A stretch of 64,000 bases of DNA from Candidatus Rokuibacteriota bacterium (GCA_023248995.1 JAHFDN010000013.1:194-64193); one strand, 5' to 3'. Positions 33,883 to 43,965 are shown, counted from the stretch's first letter. A program made the numbers and translations. The notes: generated by a model from the sequence alone, not told the origin.

Positions 33883-34566
33883 ATGGAGACGGAGGCGCTG
33901 GCCGAAGCCCTCCGCTCTCTCGCCGAGTCGCTTCGCTTCTACCAGGCCATGGGGGTGACCGATCTCCCCCTCGGCCGCGACTACCTGCCCGGCCCCGAGG
34001 GGGCGCTCCAGCGCCAGGAAGAGAACCTCCAGGGCTGCCCGCGATGCAAGCTCTCTCGGGGCCGCACCACCATCGTCTTCGGCACGGGCAACCCGCGGGC
34101 CGGGCTCATGTGCATCGGCGAGGCGCCGGGGGCGGACGAGGACGTCCAGGGCAAGCCGTTCGTCGGGCGGGCCGGACAGCTCCTCACCAAGATGCTCCAA
34201 TCGGTCGGGTTCGATCGCGACCGGGACTGCTATATCACGAACATCGTCAAGTGCCGGCCGCCGGCAAACAGGAATCCCGAGTCGGACGAGATCGCCGCGT
34301 GCGAGCCGTTCCTCCTGGCGCAGCTCGCGACGATCCAGCCCAGGGTGGTCCTGGCGCTCGGGAGCTTCGCCGCGCAAGCGCTGCTCCGAACCAAGGAGCC
34401 CATCGGCAAGCTCAGGGGGCGCGTGTACCCGTATCACTCCATGGTCCTGATCCCGACCTTTCATCCGGCCTTCCTCCTGCGCAACCCGGGCCAGGAATTC
34501 CGGCGCCTGGCCTGGGAGGACCTGAAACTCGCGCGGCGCGAGTACGAGCGGCTCCCTTCCCGATGA
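33883..34566 (+). CDS. Uracil-DNA glycosylase, family 4
   Basis: Fe-S Cys ligands (CPRC...). Motif A GEAPGADEDVQGKPFVGRAG. Family-4 C-terminal HPA motif IPTFHPAFLLRNP. Confidence 0.85.
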   Translation: METEALAEALRSLAESLRFYQAMGVTDLPLGRDYLPGPEGALQRQEENLQGCPRCKLSRGRTTIVFGTGNPRAGLMCIGEAPGADEDVQGKPFVGRAGQLLTKMLQSVGFDRDRDCYITNIVKCRPPANRNPESDEIAACEPFLLAQLATIQPRVVLALGSFAAQALLRTKEPIGKLRGRVYPYHSMVLIPTFHPAFLLRNPGQEFRRLAWEDLKLARREYERLPSR

Positions 34567-36392
34567 TCGTTGACGTCGTCTTCGACCTCCCGCTCCCCCA
34601 CCCCTTTTCGTACCGCGTCCCCCCCAACCTCGCCGTGTCGCCCGGCCAGCGCGTGCGCGCGCCGCTCGGGAGCCAGACGCGCGTGGGACTCGTGGTGGCG
34701 GCGCGGGAGGGCGAGGAGCGCGCGCTCAAAGCGATCGCGGATGTCATCGAGTCGGGACCAATCTTCTCAGGCGCCCAGTTGGAGCTCACGCGCTGGATCG
34801 CCGCCGAAAGCCTGTCGAGCTGGGGGTCCACGGCGTCGGCGCTTTTGCCGCCGGCGCCCCGGGCCCCTGCCGAGGTCGCCGCGCCGCCTCCCGACCAGGC
34901 GGGACGGGCCGCCGAGCAACCCGAACTGTTCACCGGGGGGGACCGGGAGCTCCGCCTCCTCAGGCGGCTTCAGGAGGAGGTGGAAGCCCGGCACCTGCTC
35001 GTCGTGGCACCCGAGATCGACCAGGCCCGCGCGTGGGCGGATCGGCTGCGCGCGGCACTCCGGGTATCAGTCGTGAGGCTCGACAGCGGCATGCCCGACC
35101 TGGACCGGTGGAAGGCCTGGATGGCGCTGGCCCGCGGCACGGCCCAGGGCGGCGTCGGCACCCGCGGAGCGCTCCTGGCGCCGGCCGCGGCCCCCGCCAC
35201 GCTCGTGCTTCTCGACGAGCACGATCCGGCCCACAAACCCCCCGGCCCGCCGAGGATCCACTCCCGCGAGATCATGCGGGAGCGCGCCAGACGCGAAGGG
35301 AGCACGCTCTACCTGACCTCGGCCACGCCGAGCGTGGAGAGCTGGTGGCGCGCGGAAGAAGGGGAGATCCGCCGCGCCGCGGACGGTCCCTCGCCCTGGC
35401 CGTCCGTGTCGGTCGTGGACGCGCGGGGAATGCTCCGAGGAGAGCCGCTCTCGCCGGTGCTCCGCGACGCGATGAGGGAAACGCTCGCGGCCGGTGGACG
35501 GGTCCTCCTCCTCGTGACTCGCGTCGGCTCGGCCATGGCCTGCGGCGAATGCGGCTTCGTCGTCCGCTGTCCCGACTGTGCGATCGCGATGGCCTTCTCC
35601 CGGGCGCGCCAGGAGCTGGCGTGCCGGCTCTGCCGTCGCCGTCATGCCGCCCCCGACGCCTGCCCTAACTGCCGGGGCCGGCAGCTCACGCCGCTCGGTT
35701 GGGGGACCGAGCGCGTCGAGCAGGTGGTGAGGGCCCAGTTCAGGCGCTGGAGCGTCGCTCGGCACGATGCCGACTCGCGCCGTGGCCGGGGTGTGGCGTC
35801 CGCCTCCGGGGAAGGCGGAGCCCGGGTGGTGATCGGCACACGCGGCGCCCTCAAGGCGTTCGTCCCGCGTGGGCCCTCCCTCGTGGGGTTCATCACCCCC
35901 GATCCCCTCCTCAATCTTCCGGACCTCAGAGCCGGTGAGCGGGCTTTTTCCTTCCTCTGGGCGGCCGCGGAGCGGGTGGCCGAGGGGGGCAGAGTCGTCA
36001 TCCAGACCCAGCATCCCGGCCACTACGCCGTCCGCGCGGTGGCCGACCAGGACCTGGCGGCCTTCTACAAGCCCGAGCTCCGGTTCCGGGCGGAGCTGGG
36101 CTACCCGCCCTTCCGGCGCCTGGCTCTCGTCACGGTCAAGAGCCGCACCGAGGGGACGGCGGGCGGGCTGGCGGAGTCCCTCTGTCGGGACTTCCGTGCG
36201 CTTGGCGGCGTGACGGTCTATCCTCCCGCGCCCGTCGGCCGTTCGCCTCGGGCGCTCCGATGGCAGATCGTCCTAAAGGGAGGAAAGGATCTCCCGGCGC
36301 GGCTTGCCCCCGCGCTCGCGCCCCTGGCGGAACGCCGGCGCGGCCGACGCGGTATGATAGAGATCGAGATGGACCCGATCGAGTTCATCTGA
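34563..36392 (+). CDS. priA: Primosomal protein N' (PriA) with degenerate Walker A
   Basis: N-terminal 3'-binding domain (VVFDLPLPHPFSY). PEI (motif Ia), GTRGAL and DEHD (motif II). Cys4-Cys4 zinc region (CGECG...CPDC...CRLC...CPNC). Where GxGKT is expected the sequence reads FTGGDRELRL. Confidence 0.8.
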   Translation: MIVDVVFDLPLPHPFSYRVPPNLAVSPGQRVRAPLGSQTRVGLVVAAREGEERALKAIADVIESGPIFSGAQLELTRWIAAESLSSWGSTASALLPPAPRAPAEVAAPPPDQAGRAAEQPELFTGGDRELRLLRRLQEEVEARHLLVVAPEIDQARAWADRLRAALRVSVVRLDSGMPDLDRWKAWMALARGTAQGGVGTRGALLAPAAAPATLVLLDEHDPAHKPPGPPRIHSREIMRERARREGSTLYLTSATPSVESWWRAEEGEIRRAADGPSPWPSVSVVDARGMLRGEPLSPVLRDAMRETLAAGGRVLLLVTRVGSAMACGECGFVVRCPDCAIAMAFSRARQELACRLCRRRHAAPDACPNCRGRQLTPLGWGTERVEQVVRAQFRRWSVARHDADSRRGRGVASASGEGGARVVIGTRGALKAFVPRGPSLVGFITPDPLLNLPDLRAGERAFSFLWAAAERVAEGGRVVIQTQHPGHYAVRAVADQDLAAFYKPELRFRAELGYPPFRRLALVTVKSRTEGTAGGLAESLCRDFRALGGVTVYPPAPVGRSPRALRWQIVLKGGKDLPARLAPALAPLAERRRGRRGMIEIEMDPIEFI

Positions 36393-36411
36393 GGAAGGAG
36401 AGCCTGACCCC

Positions 36412-36933
36412 GTGGTCCTGAAGGTCCGGCGGTACGGCGACCCGATTCTGAGGCGGAAGGCTGCGCCCGTCGCCGCCGTCACGCCCGAGATCAAGGGCCT
36501 CATCGCCGACCTGGTCGAGACCATGTACGATCAGGTCGGCCTCGGCCTCGCCGCGCCCCAGGTCGGCATCCCGCTCCGGGTGATCGTCGTGGATGACGAC
36601 AAGGGAGGCGGGGCACGGCCCCTCATCAACCCCGCCATCAGCGCACGCGTCGGCAGCGTGGTGGGCGAGGAGGGGTGCCTCTCCCTCCCGGGAGTCTTCG
36701 CCCCCGTCGAGCGCGCCCTATGGGTTGAAGTCCGAGCGCTCGACGGCGACGGCCTGCCGCTCGCGCTCGAGGCGCGCGGGATCTTAGCTCGGGTCATCCA
36801 GCACGAGATCGACCACCTCGACGGGATCCTCTTCATCGACCACCTCGACACCGTGAGTCGAGACCGGATCAAGCGGAAGATCAAGAAGGAAGGGCTTCCC
36901 GACGAGGCCCCCCACTCGGCCTTCGCCCTCTGA
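36412..36933 (+). CDS. def: Peptide deformylase
   Basis: GLAAPQ, EGCLS and HEIDH motifs. Confidence 0.93.
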   Translation: MVLKVRRYGDPILRRKAAPVAAVTPEIKGLIADLVETMYDQVGLGLAAPQVGIPLRVIVVDDDKGGGARPLINPAISARVGSVVGEEGCLSLPGVFAPVERALWVEVRALDGDGLPLALEARGILARVIQHEIDHLDGILFIDHLDTVSRDRIKRKIKKEGLPDEAPHSAFAL

Positions 36934-36978
36934 TCTCCTCGGAGGGGGGCTTGGCCCCCCTTCCGACGCCCCGCGGCC

Positions 36979-37920
36979 ATGAAAATTTTGTTCTACGGGA
37001 CCCCGGAGTTCGCCGTCCCGACCCTCGAGGCACTCCTCGAGCGGCACCAGGTGGTCGGCGTGATCACGCAGCCCGATCGACCCGCCGGCCGAGGGCAGCG
37101 CCTCACGGCCAGGCCGGTGAAGCGGCGCGCCGAGGCCGCCGGGCTCCCCATCCTCCAGCCGGCGCGGCTCACGGAGTCGCAATGGCCCGAGAGGCTCCGC
37201 GCGCTCGGCGCCGACGTCGCCGTCGTCGTCGCGTTCGGCCAGCTCCTCCCGAAAGCGGTGCTGGACGTGCCGCCCCGCGGCTCCATCAACGTCCACGCCT
37301 CCCTCCTGCCGCGCTACCGGGGCGCCGCCCCCATCGCGTGGGCGCTCATCCGGGGCGAGACCGAAACCGGCGTCACGACCTTTCTGATGGACGAGGGGAT
37401 GGACACCGGGGCGATCCTCCTCCAGGAGCGCGCGCCGATTGACCCTGAGGAGACCGCGGAGGAGTTGGCGGCGCGGCTCTCGCGCCTCGGAGCCGGGCTG
37501 CTCCTTCGGACGCTGGAGCAACTGGATACGCTGACGCCGGTCCGCCAGCGCCACGAGCTGGCCACCTCGGCCCCCCGCCTCAGGAAGGAAGACGGGATGC
37601 TCGACTGGAGCGAGCCCGCGCGCGCCTTGGTCAACCGGGTTCGAGGGTGCACGCCGTGGCCGGGCGCCACCACCGAAACTTCGCGCGGCAGGCTCCGGAT
37701 CTGGCGTGCGGCCGCGCTCGACGAAGCCTCGACCTCCGGGCCCGGAGAGATCGTGAAGAGCGCGAGCGGAGCCCTCGCCGTGGCGACGGGGGCCGGCCTG
37801 TTCCTCCCGCGGCTGGTCCAGCCCGAGAGCCGTCGGATCATCGCCTGGCACGATTTCCTCCTGGGCGCCCGAATCGGCCCCGGCGACCGCTTCGGCGCGC
37901 CCCGTCGCGCCACGGCATGA
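36979..37920 (+). CDS. fmt: Methionyl-tRNA formyltransferase
   Basis: N-terminal formyltransferase domain with SLLP motif (NVHASLLPRYRGAAP) and C-terminal Fmt domain. The def-fmt order is conserved. Confidence 0.9.
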   Translation: MKILFYGTPEFAVPTLEALLERHQVVGVITQPDRPAGRGQRLTARPVKRRAEAAGLPILQPARLTESQWPERLRALGADVAVVVAFGQLLPKAVLDVPPRGSINVHASLLPRYRGAAPIAWALIRGETETGVTTFLMDEGMDTGAILLQERAPIDPEETAEELAARLSRLGAGLLLRTLEQLDTLTPVRQRHELATSAPRLRKEDGMLDWSEPARALVNRVRGCTPWPGATTETSRGRLRIWRAAALDEASTSGPGEIVKSASGALAVATGAGLFLPRLVQPESRRIIAWHDFLLGARIGPGDRFGAPRRATA

Positions 37921-39281
37921 CGGCGCGCCCGCTGCCGGCCCCGCGCGCCGGGGCGTCTCCGGCCCGGGTCGAGGCCCTCCGAACCCTCTGCCGCGTAGAG
38001 GAGGACCGGGCGTTCGCCGATCTCGCCCTCGAGGCGGCGATCGAGCGCGCCAAGCTCTCCCCGCGCGACCGCGCTCTCACCACCGAGCTGGTTTACGGGA
38101 CCCTCCGCTGGCAGCGACGCCTGGACTGGATCCTCGCCCCTCACTCGCGGCGGCGCCTCGAGCGGCTCGATCCCTGGGTGAGGAATCTCCTCCGCCTCAC
38201 CGTCTACCAGCTCCAGTTCCTCGACAAGGTCCCGGCGTGGGCCGCAGTGAATGACGCCGTGAGCCTGGCCAAGCGGCGCGCTCACGGCGAGGCGGCCCCG
38301 TTCGTCAACGCCGTCCTCCGGTCGTTCACCCGCGGCGGGGGAGGGTTGCCTCTTCTCCCCGACGACCCCGTGGAGGCCATGGCCACGCGGCTCGCGTTTC
38401 CGTCCTGGCTGGCCCGTCGCTGGGCGCAGCAATTCGGCCTGGACGGGGCGGAACGGCTGATGACGGCGCTCGACGAGCGGCCGAAGGCTACCGTCCGGGC
38501 GAACCTCCTCAAGTGCTCACAGGCCCAACTCGCCCAGCGGCTCAAGGAGGAAGAGGAGGTGGCGTGCTCGGCCACAACCTTCGCCCCCGAGGGGCTGGCG
38601 CTCGAGAGCCCGGGGCCCGCGGCCAGGTTCAAGGTCTTCAAAGAGGGGTGGTTCACCCTCCAGGACGAGGCCTCCATCCTGGTCGGCCACCTCCTGGGAC
38701 CGAAGCCCGGCGAGACCGTCGCCGACGTCTGCGCGGCACCGGGGACCAAGACCACGCACCTGGCGGCGCTCATGCAGAACTCGGGGAAAGTCGTCGCGAT
38801 GGACCCCCACGCCGCCCGTCTCAAGCTGGTCTCTCAGTCAGCAGCGCGGCTGGGAGTCAAGATCGTGGAATGCCACCGCGGGAGCGCCGAGGCCCTCGCG
38901 CCCCGGTTCACTGATCGCTTCGACCGGGTGCTGGTGGACGCCCCGTGCTCGAACCTCGGCGTTCTGCGCCGGAACCCCGACGTGAAATGGCGGCGCGCCC
39001 TGGCCGACCTCCCCCGCCTCGCCCTGCGCCAGCGACAGATCCTCGACGCCGCGGCTTCCATGTGCCGGCCGGGAGGCGTCCTCGTCTACGCCACCTGCTC
39101 GCTGGAGCCCGAGGAGAACGAGGGAGTGGTCCTTCCGTTCCTCGACACCCACCCCGAGTGGCGGCTCGAGCCCCCGGCGGACTTTCCGATTCCCCTGGAG
39201 CCGCCCGCCGTGCTACGCTGCCTCCCGCACCGGCACGGCACCGACGGCTTCACCGCCTTCCGGCTGCAGAAAAGTAAATGA
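37917..39281 (+). CDS. rsmB: 16S rRNA (cytosine967-C5)-methyltransferase RsmB/Sun
   Basis: N-terminal NusB-like domain. C-terminal m5C MTase motifs DVCAAPGTKT, DAPCS and catalytic TCSLEPEENE. ATGA overlap with fmt. Confidence 0.88.
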   Translation: MTARPLPAPRAGASPARVEALRTLCRVEEDRAFADLALEAAIERAKLSPRDRALTTELVYGTLRWQRRLDWILAPHSRRRLERLDPWVRNLLRLTVYQLQFLDKVPAWAAVNDAVSLAKRRAHGEAAPFVNAVLRSFTRGGGGLPLLPDDPVEAMATRLAFPSWLARRWAQQFGLDGAERLMTALDERPKATVRANLLKCSQAQLAQRLKEEEEVACSATTFAPEGLALESPGPAARFKVFKEGWFTLQDEASILVGHLLGPKPGETVADVCAAPGTKTTHLAALMQNSGKVVAMDPHAARLKLVSQSAARLGVKIVECHRGSAEALAPRFTDRFDRVLVDAPCSNLGVLRRNPDVKWRRALADLPRLALRQRQILDAAASMCRPGGVLVYATCSLEPEENEGVVLPFLDTHPEWRLEPPADFPIPLEPPAVLRCLPHRHGTDGFTAFRLQKSK

Positions 39282-39934
39282 TCAAGATTGCGCCGTCCAT
39301 CCTTTCGGCGGACTTCGCCGCCCTCGGGGAGGAGATCGCCCGGGTGGAGGCGGCCGGCGCCGACCAGCTCCACGTGGACGTGATGGACGGCCACTTCGTC
39401 CCGAACCTGACCATCGGGCCGCTCGTCGTCGAGGCGATCCGCAAGCACACCCGGCTGCCGCTGGACGTCCACCTGATGATCGAGGCTCCCGAGCGCTACC
39501 TGCCGGCCTTCAGGTCGGCGGGCGCGGATCTCCTCACGGTCCACGCCGAGGCATGCCCGCACCTTCACCGGACGCTCCATCAGATCAAAGAGCTCGGGGC
39601 CAAGGCAGGGGTCGCCTTGAATCCCTCGACGCCGCCCGGCGCGCTCGAATCCGTCCTCGATTCCGTGGATCTGGTGCTGGTGATGTCCGTGAACCCGGGC
39701 TTCGGCGGGCAGGCCTTCATCCCCGCCACGTACGTGAAGGTCCGGCAGACGCGGACGCTCCTGGGAAGCCGCCCCGTGGACGTGTCGGTGGACGGCGGGG
39801 TGAAGCTCGAGCACGCCCGGCCCCTGGTGGCCCACGGGGCGACGGTGCTCGTGGCGGGGTCCCTGATCTTCGGCTCCCCGGACCCCGGCGCCGCGGTCAA
39901 GCGGCTCAGGGATGCTGCGGAAGTATCGAAGTAG
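39278..39934 (+). CDS. rpe: Ribulose-phosphate 3-epimerase
   Basis: APSILSADF, HVDVMDGHFVPN and MSVNPGFGGQ motifs. ATGA overlap with rsmB. Confidence 0.92.
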   Translation: MIKIAPSILSADFAALGEEIARVEAAGADQLHVDVMDGHFVPNLTIGPLVVEAIRKHTRLPLDVHLMIEAPERYLPAFRSAGADLLTVHAEACPHLHRTLHQIKELGAKAGVALNPSTPPGALESVLDSVDLVLVMSVNPGFGGQAFIPATYVKVRQTRTLLGSRPVDVSVDGGVKLEHARPLVAHGATVLVAGSLIFGSPDPGAAVKRLRDAAEVSK

Positions 39935-39936
39935 CC

Positions 39937-39965
39937 TTGACTTTTTCCCCTTCCTCCCGTAGAGT
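39937..39965 (+). promoter_or_regulatory. Sigma70-like promoter for ffh-rpsP-rimM-trmD-rplS cluster
   Basis: TTGACT (39937-39942), 17-nt spacer, TAGAGT (39960-39965). Lies in the only AT-rich stretch between rpe and ffh. Confidence 0.45.
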
Positions 39966-40001
39966 TTAATCTTTCCGAGCGACATCCAGCGACGTCAGGC
40001 C

Positions 40002-41345
40002 ATGTTCGACACTCTCAGTACGCGGCTCACCCAGATCTTCGACCGCCTCCGGGGGCACGGACGGCTGACGGAGGCGAATATCCAGGAGGCGCTCCGCGAG
40101 GTGCGCGTGGCGCTCCTCGAGGCCGACGTCCACTTCAAGGTCGTCAAGGGCTTCATCGAGCGGGTCTACGACAGGGCCGTCGGCCAGGACGTCCTTCGCT
40201 CGCTCACGCCGGGCCAGCAGGTCGTCAAGATCGTCCACGACGAGCTCGTCCTCCTGCTCGGCGGGAGCGGCCACCGCCTTCAGATGGCGCCGCACCCGCC
40301 GACGGTGATCATGCTCATCGGGCTCCAGGGATCGGGCAAGACCACGTCGGCAGCCAAGCTCGCCCATCACTTCCAGCGCCAGGGCCAGCATCCCCTCCTG
40401 GCCGCCGCGGACGTGTACCGGCCGGCCGCGGTGGAGCAGCTCAGGACGCTGGGCGCCCAGCTCCAGATCCCCGTCGTCGGGAGCGCGGGGGAGCGACCGC
40501 TCGACATCTGCCAGGAGGCGGCCCGCGCCGCGGCCGACCGCGGGCTCTCGCCGCTCATTGTCGACACCGCGGGCCGGCTCCACATCGACGAGCCCATGCT
40601 CGAGGAACTCAGATTGCTCAAGTGCGAGGTTCGCCCGCACCACGTCCTCCTGGTCGTGGACGCGATGACCGGCCAGGACGCGGTCACCATGGCCGAGCGC
40701 TTCAACGCAGCCGTCGGCATTGATGCCGTCATCATGAGCAAGCTGGACGGCGACGCGCGTGGTGGCGCGGCGCTCTCCATCCGGCAGGTGATCGGCCGCC
40801 CCATCACCTTCGTCGGGACCGGAGAGAAACTGGACGCGCTCGAGCCGTTTCATCCCGACCGCATGGCCTCCCGCATCCTCGGCATGGGCGACGTCGTCTC
40901 CCTGGTCGAAAAGGCCCAGGCCAGCGTGGACCAGGCGAAGGCCGAGGAGCTCGCGAAGAAGCTCCGGGAGGAGAGCTTCACCCTGGAGGATTTCCGCGAC
41001 CAGCTGAAACAGCTCCGCTCCATGGGCCCGATGGGGGAGCTCTTGCAAATGATCCCGTTCTTCAAGGGAAAGCAGGGGGTGCCCACCGAACTCGCCGGGC
41101 AGGAAGCCGAGCTCACGCGCTACGAGGCCATCATCGGCTCCATGACTCCCGAGGAGCGGGCGGAACCCCAGATCATCAGCGGCAGCCGGCGCGCCCGGAT
41201 CGCGCGCGGCAGCGGCACGACTGTCCAGGACGTCAACCGCCTGCTCAAGCAGTACGCCCAGCTGAAGAAGGTGATGCGAGGGCTTCGGCAGATGGAGGGG
41301 CGGGCGGGGAAGCTCAAGGGACTCCCGTTTCAAATCCGTAACTGA
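40002..41345 (+). CDS. ffh: Signal recognition particle protein Ffh
   Basis: N domain. G domain GLQGSGKTT, DTAGR and the C-terminal Met-rich M domain. Confidence 0.95.
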   Translation: MFDTLSTRLTQIFDRLRGHGRLTEANIQEALREVRVALLEADVHFKVVKGFIERVYDRAVGQDVLRSLTPGQQVVKIVHDELVLLLGGSGHRLQMAPHPPTVIMLIGLQGSGKTTSAAKLAHHFQRQGQHPLLAAADVYRPAAVEQLRTLGAQLQIPVVGSAGERPLDICQEAARAAADRGLSPLIVDTAGRLHIDEPMLEELRLLKCEVRPHHVLLVVDAMTGQDAVTMAERFNAAVGIDAVIMSKLDGDARGGAALSIRQVIGRPITFVGTGEKLDALEPFHPDRMASRILGMGDVVSLVEKAQASVDQAKAEELAKKLREESFTLEDFRDQLKQLRSMGPMGELLQMIPFFKGKQGVPTELAGQEAELTRYEAIIGSMTPEERAEPQIISGSRRARIARGSGTTVQDVNRLLKQYAQLKKVMRGLRQMEGRAGKLKGLPFQIRN

Positions 41346-41357
41346 GGAGGTGACAGG

Positions 41358-41606
41358 GTGGCAGTCCACATCAGGCTGAGACGCGCAGGGAAGACGAAGA
41401 AGCCCGCGTACCGTGTCGTGGTGGCGGATTCCCGGGCGCCGCGAGACGGCCGGTTCATCGAGAGCATCGGCTACTACAACCCGCTGAGCGAACCGCCGAC
41501 GATCCAGATCGACCTGGACAAGGCCGCGGCGTGGCTCAAGAAGGGCGCTCAACCGTCGAACACGGTCCGAGTTCTCCTTGCTCGCGCGGGCGCCAGCAAA
41601 GGTTGA
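41358..41606 (+). CDS. rpsP: 30S ribosomal protein S16
   Basis: [35 protein letters not shown]. Confidence 0.95.
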   Translation: MAVHIRLRRAGKTKKPAYRVVVADSRAPRDGRFIESIGYYNPLSEPPTIQIDLDKAAAWLKKGAQPSNTVRVLLARAGASKG

Positions 41607-41609
41607 TCC

Positions 41610-42140
41610 GTGAGTGCGCGGCCACTGGTGGCGCTCGCCCAGGTCGTCAGGCCTCACGGCCGGCGCGGGGAGGTGAAGGCGCGCCTGCTCACGGACGAGC
41701 CGGCCCTGCTGGCAGATCTTGCCGACTGCGCTCTGTGGGACGGCCGGGGCGACACCCCTGAGCCGTGCCGGATCCAGCAGTGCCGCCTCGTGCGGGGCGC
41801 CGCGATCGTCGCGCTCGAGGGGGTGGATTCCATCGAGGCGGCCGAGCGGCTCGTGGGGCGGTTCTTGGCGGTGTCCCAGGAGGCGCTCGCTCCCCTTCCG
41901 GGAGGGATCTTCTACGCGGCCCACCTCGCCGGCGCGCGGGTGGTGACCGAGGAGGGGCTCGAGGTCGGCGTGTTCGTCGGCCTCGAAGAGGCGCCCGGTC
42001 ACGACCTCTGGGTCGTGAAGGCGGGCGGGCGGGAGCACCTCATTCCCGCAGTGGCCGAGATCGTGCGCCGGGTGGACGTGGCGGCGCGCCGGATCACGAT
42101 CCGTCCCCCCGAGGGCCTGCTGGAGCTTTCGAGCCCGTGA
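41610..42140 (+). CDS. rimM: Ribosome maturation factor RimM
   Basis: N-terminal RimM beta-barrel ([19 protein letters not shown]) and C-terminal PRC barrel. Confidence 0.88.
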   Translation: MSARPLVALAQVVRPHGRRGEVKARLLTDEPALLADLADCALWDGRGDTPEPCRIQQCRLVRGAAIVALEGVDSIEAAERLVGRFLAVSQEALAPLPGGIFYAAHLAGARVVTEEGLEVGVFVGLEEAPGHDLWVVKAGGREHLIPAVAEIVRRVDVAARRITIRPPEGLLELSSP

Positions 42141-42874
42141 AGATCGACATCGTGACGCTCTTTCCGGCGATGCTCGCGGGGCCTCTCGGGGAATCGATCC
42201 TGGGTCGCGCCCAGGCCAAGGGGCTCGTGGAAATCCGAGTGGCCGATCTGCGGGAGTGGGCCGAAGGCCGCCATCGCGTGACCGACGATTACCCGTTCGG
42301 CGGCGGGGGAGGGATGGTGCTTAAGCCGGAACCGCTCTTTCGCTGCGTCGAGGCGCTCCGCCGCCCGGGCGCGCGCGTCATTCTCCTCGATCCCCAGGGT
42401 CGCGCCTTCGGTCAGGAGGTGGCGGCCGAGCTGGCAAGGGCGGAGCACCTCATCCTCCTCTGCGGGCGCTACGAAGGCGTGGACGAGCGCGTGCGCGAAC
42501 ACCTGGTGGACGACGAGATCTCCATCGGCGACTACGTCCTGACCGGCGGAGAGCTGCCGGCGCTGGTCGTGACCGACGCGGTCGTGCGGCTCTTGCCCGG
42601 CGCCCTCGGCGACGAGGCGGCGCCGGGGAAAGACTCCTTCGGCAGGGGACTCCTGGAGGGACCGCACTACACGAGACCGGAGGAGTTCCGCGCGTGGCGC
42701 GTTCCGGAGGTCCTGCTCTCCGGCGACCACGCGCGCGTGGCCCGCTGGCGCCGGGCGCAGTCGCTCTGGCGGACCTGGCGGCGCCGGCCCGACCTGCTGG
42801 AGACGGCGGAGTTGACCCCGGAGGAGCAGAAGCTCATCGAGGAGTTCCGCCAGGGCAAGAAACCGGACGCATAA
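42137..42874 (+). CDS. trmD: tRNA (guanine37-N1)-methyltransferase
   Basis: SPOUT family: [44 protein letters not shown] overlap with rimM. Confidence 0.93.
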   Translation: MKIDIVTLFPAMLAGPLGESILGRAQAKGLVEIRVADLREWAEGRHRVTDDYPFGGGGGMVLKPEPLFRCVEALRRPGARVILLDPQGRAFGQEVAAELARAEHLILLCGRYEGVDERVREHLVDDEISIGDYVLTGGELPALVVTDAVVRLLPGALGDEAAPGKDSFGRGLLEGPHYTRPEEFRAWRVPEVLLSGDHARVARWRRAQSLWRTWRRRPDLLETAELTPEEQKLIEEFRQGKKPDA

Positions 42875-42880
42875 ATCTGG

Positions 42881-42930
42881 CCCCTCACCCTGCCCTCTCC
42901 CCCGTTGGGGGAGAGGATAAAAGGTGAGGG
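42881..42930 (+). promoter_or_regulatory. Bipartite long hairpin in trmD-rplS spacer (rplS leader structure)
   Basis: Outer stem CCCCTCACC 42881-42889 pairs with GGTGAGGGG 42922-42930. Inner stem CCTCTCCCC 42894-42902 pairs with GGGGAGAGG 42908-42916. The rplS SD GGAGAGG lies at 42941-42947. Confidence 0.5.
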
Positions 42931-42954
42931 GGAACATCGTGGAGAGGCTAAAAG

Positions 42955-43320
42955 ATGGATCTCATCGGCGTCGTCGAAGCGAGTCAGATGAAAAAGGACC
43001 GGGGCGCGTTTGCCCCCGGAGACACGGTCAAGGTCCAGGTCAAAGTCGTAGAGGGTGAAAAGGAGCGCGTCCAGTCTTTCGAAGGCGTGGTGATCCGCAG
43101 GCGCGGCGAGGGGGCGCGCGCCTCGTTCACCGTGCGGAGGATCTCCTACGGTGTCGGCGTGGAGCGGACGTTCCCGCTCCACTCCCCGATGATCGAGCGT
43201 GTCCAGGTCCTTCGCCGGGGGGAGGTCCGTCGCTCGAAGCTCTACTACCTGCGCGCCCTGACGGGCAAGGCGGCGCGCCTCAAGGAAAAGCGAACGGTCA
43301 TTCCCACCAGCGGCGAGTAG
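42955..43320 (+). CDS. rplS: 50S ribosomal protein L19
   Basis: Aligns along its full length with E. coli L19 (GDTV.V.V.VVEG...R.Q.FEGVVI...GVGVER.F..HSP). Confidence 0.95.
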   Translation: MDLIGVVEASQMKKDRGAFAPGDTVKVQVKVVEGEKERVQSFEGVVIRRRGEGARASFTVRRISYGVGVERTFPLHSPMIERVQVLRRGEVRRSKLYYLRALTGKAARLKEKRTVIPTSGE

Positions 43321-43341
43321 CGGAGCCGGAGCCCGGGCGAG

Positions 43342-43965
43342 ATGGGCGCGCCGTACCGGTACGAGCGGGCGGCGTGGCGCTCGGGCTTCCTGCGCGTGGC
43401 GGGAGTGGACGAGGCCGGCCGGGGCCCGCTGGCGGGTCCCGTCGTGGCCGCCGCGGTCGTCCTGGCGCCGGACCGCCCTATCCCGGGTCTCCAGGACTCC
43501 AAGCTCCTGACGGCGGCTCGGCGAGAGTTCCTCTTCGACCGGATCCTCGAGGAGGCCGCGGCGGTGGGGATCGGCATGGTGGACCCCGAGACCATTGACC
43601 GCGTGAACATCCTGGAGGCCACCCGTCTGGCGATGCTGGCGGCGCTCGACAAGCTCGCCCCCCGCCCCGACCTGGTTCTCGTGGACGCGCTGAGACTCTC
43701 CGCCCTGCCATGCCCCCAGACGTCGCTCGTCCGCGGCGACCGCCGCTCGGCCTCCATCGCGGCAGCCTCCATCGTCGCCAAGGTGACCCGGGACCGGCTG
43801 ATGCTCGAGGCCGAAGCGCGCTTCCCGGAGTACGGCTTCGGCCGGCACAAGGGCTATCCCACCCCCGAGCACCTGGCCGCCCTCCGGCGCCACGGTCCGT
43901 GCCCGATCCATCGCCGGACGTTCCACGGCGTCTGGCGGCAAGACGACCTGTTCGCCAGCTCCTAG
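43342..43965 (+). CDS. rnhB: Ribonuclease HII
   Basis: GVDEAGRGPLAGPVVAAAV active-site motif and DSK motif. Confidence 0.92.
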   Translation: MGAPYRYERAAWRSGFLRVAGVDEAGRGPLAGPVVAAAVVLAPDRPIPGLQDSKLLTAARREFLFDRILEEAAAVGIGMVDPETIDRVNILEATRLAMLAALDKLAPRPDLVLVDALRLSALPCPQTSLVRGDRRSASIAAASIVAKVTRDRLMLEAEARFPEYGFGRHKGYPTPEHLAALRRHGPCPIHRRTFHGVWRQDDLFASS

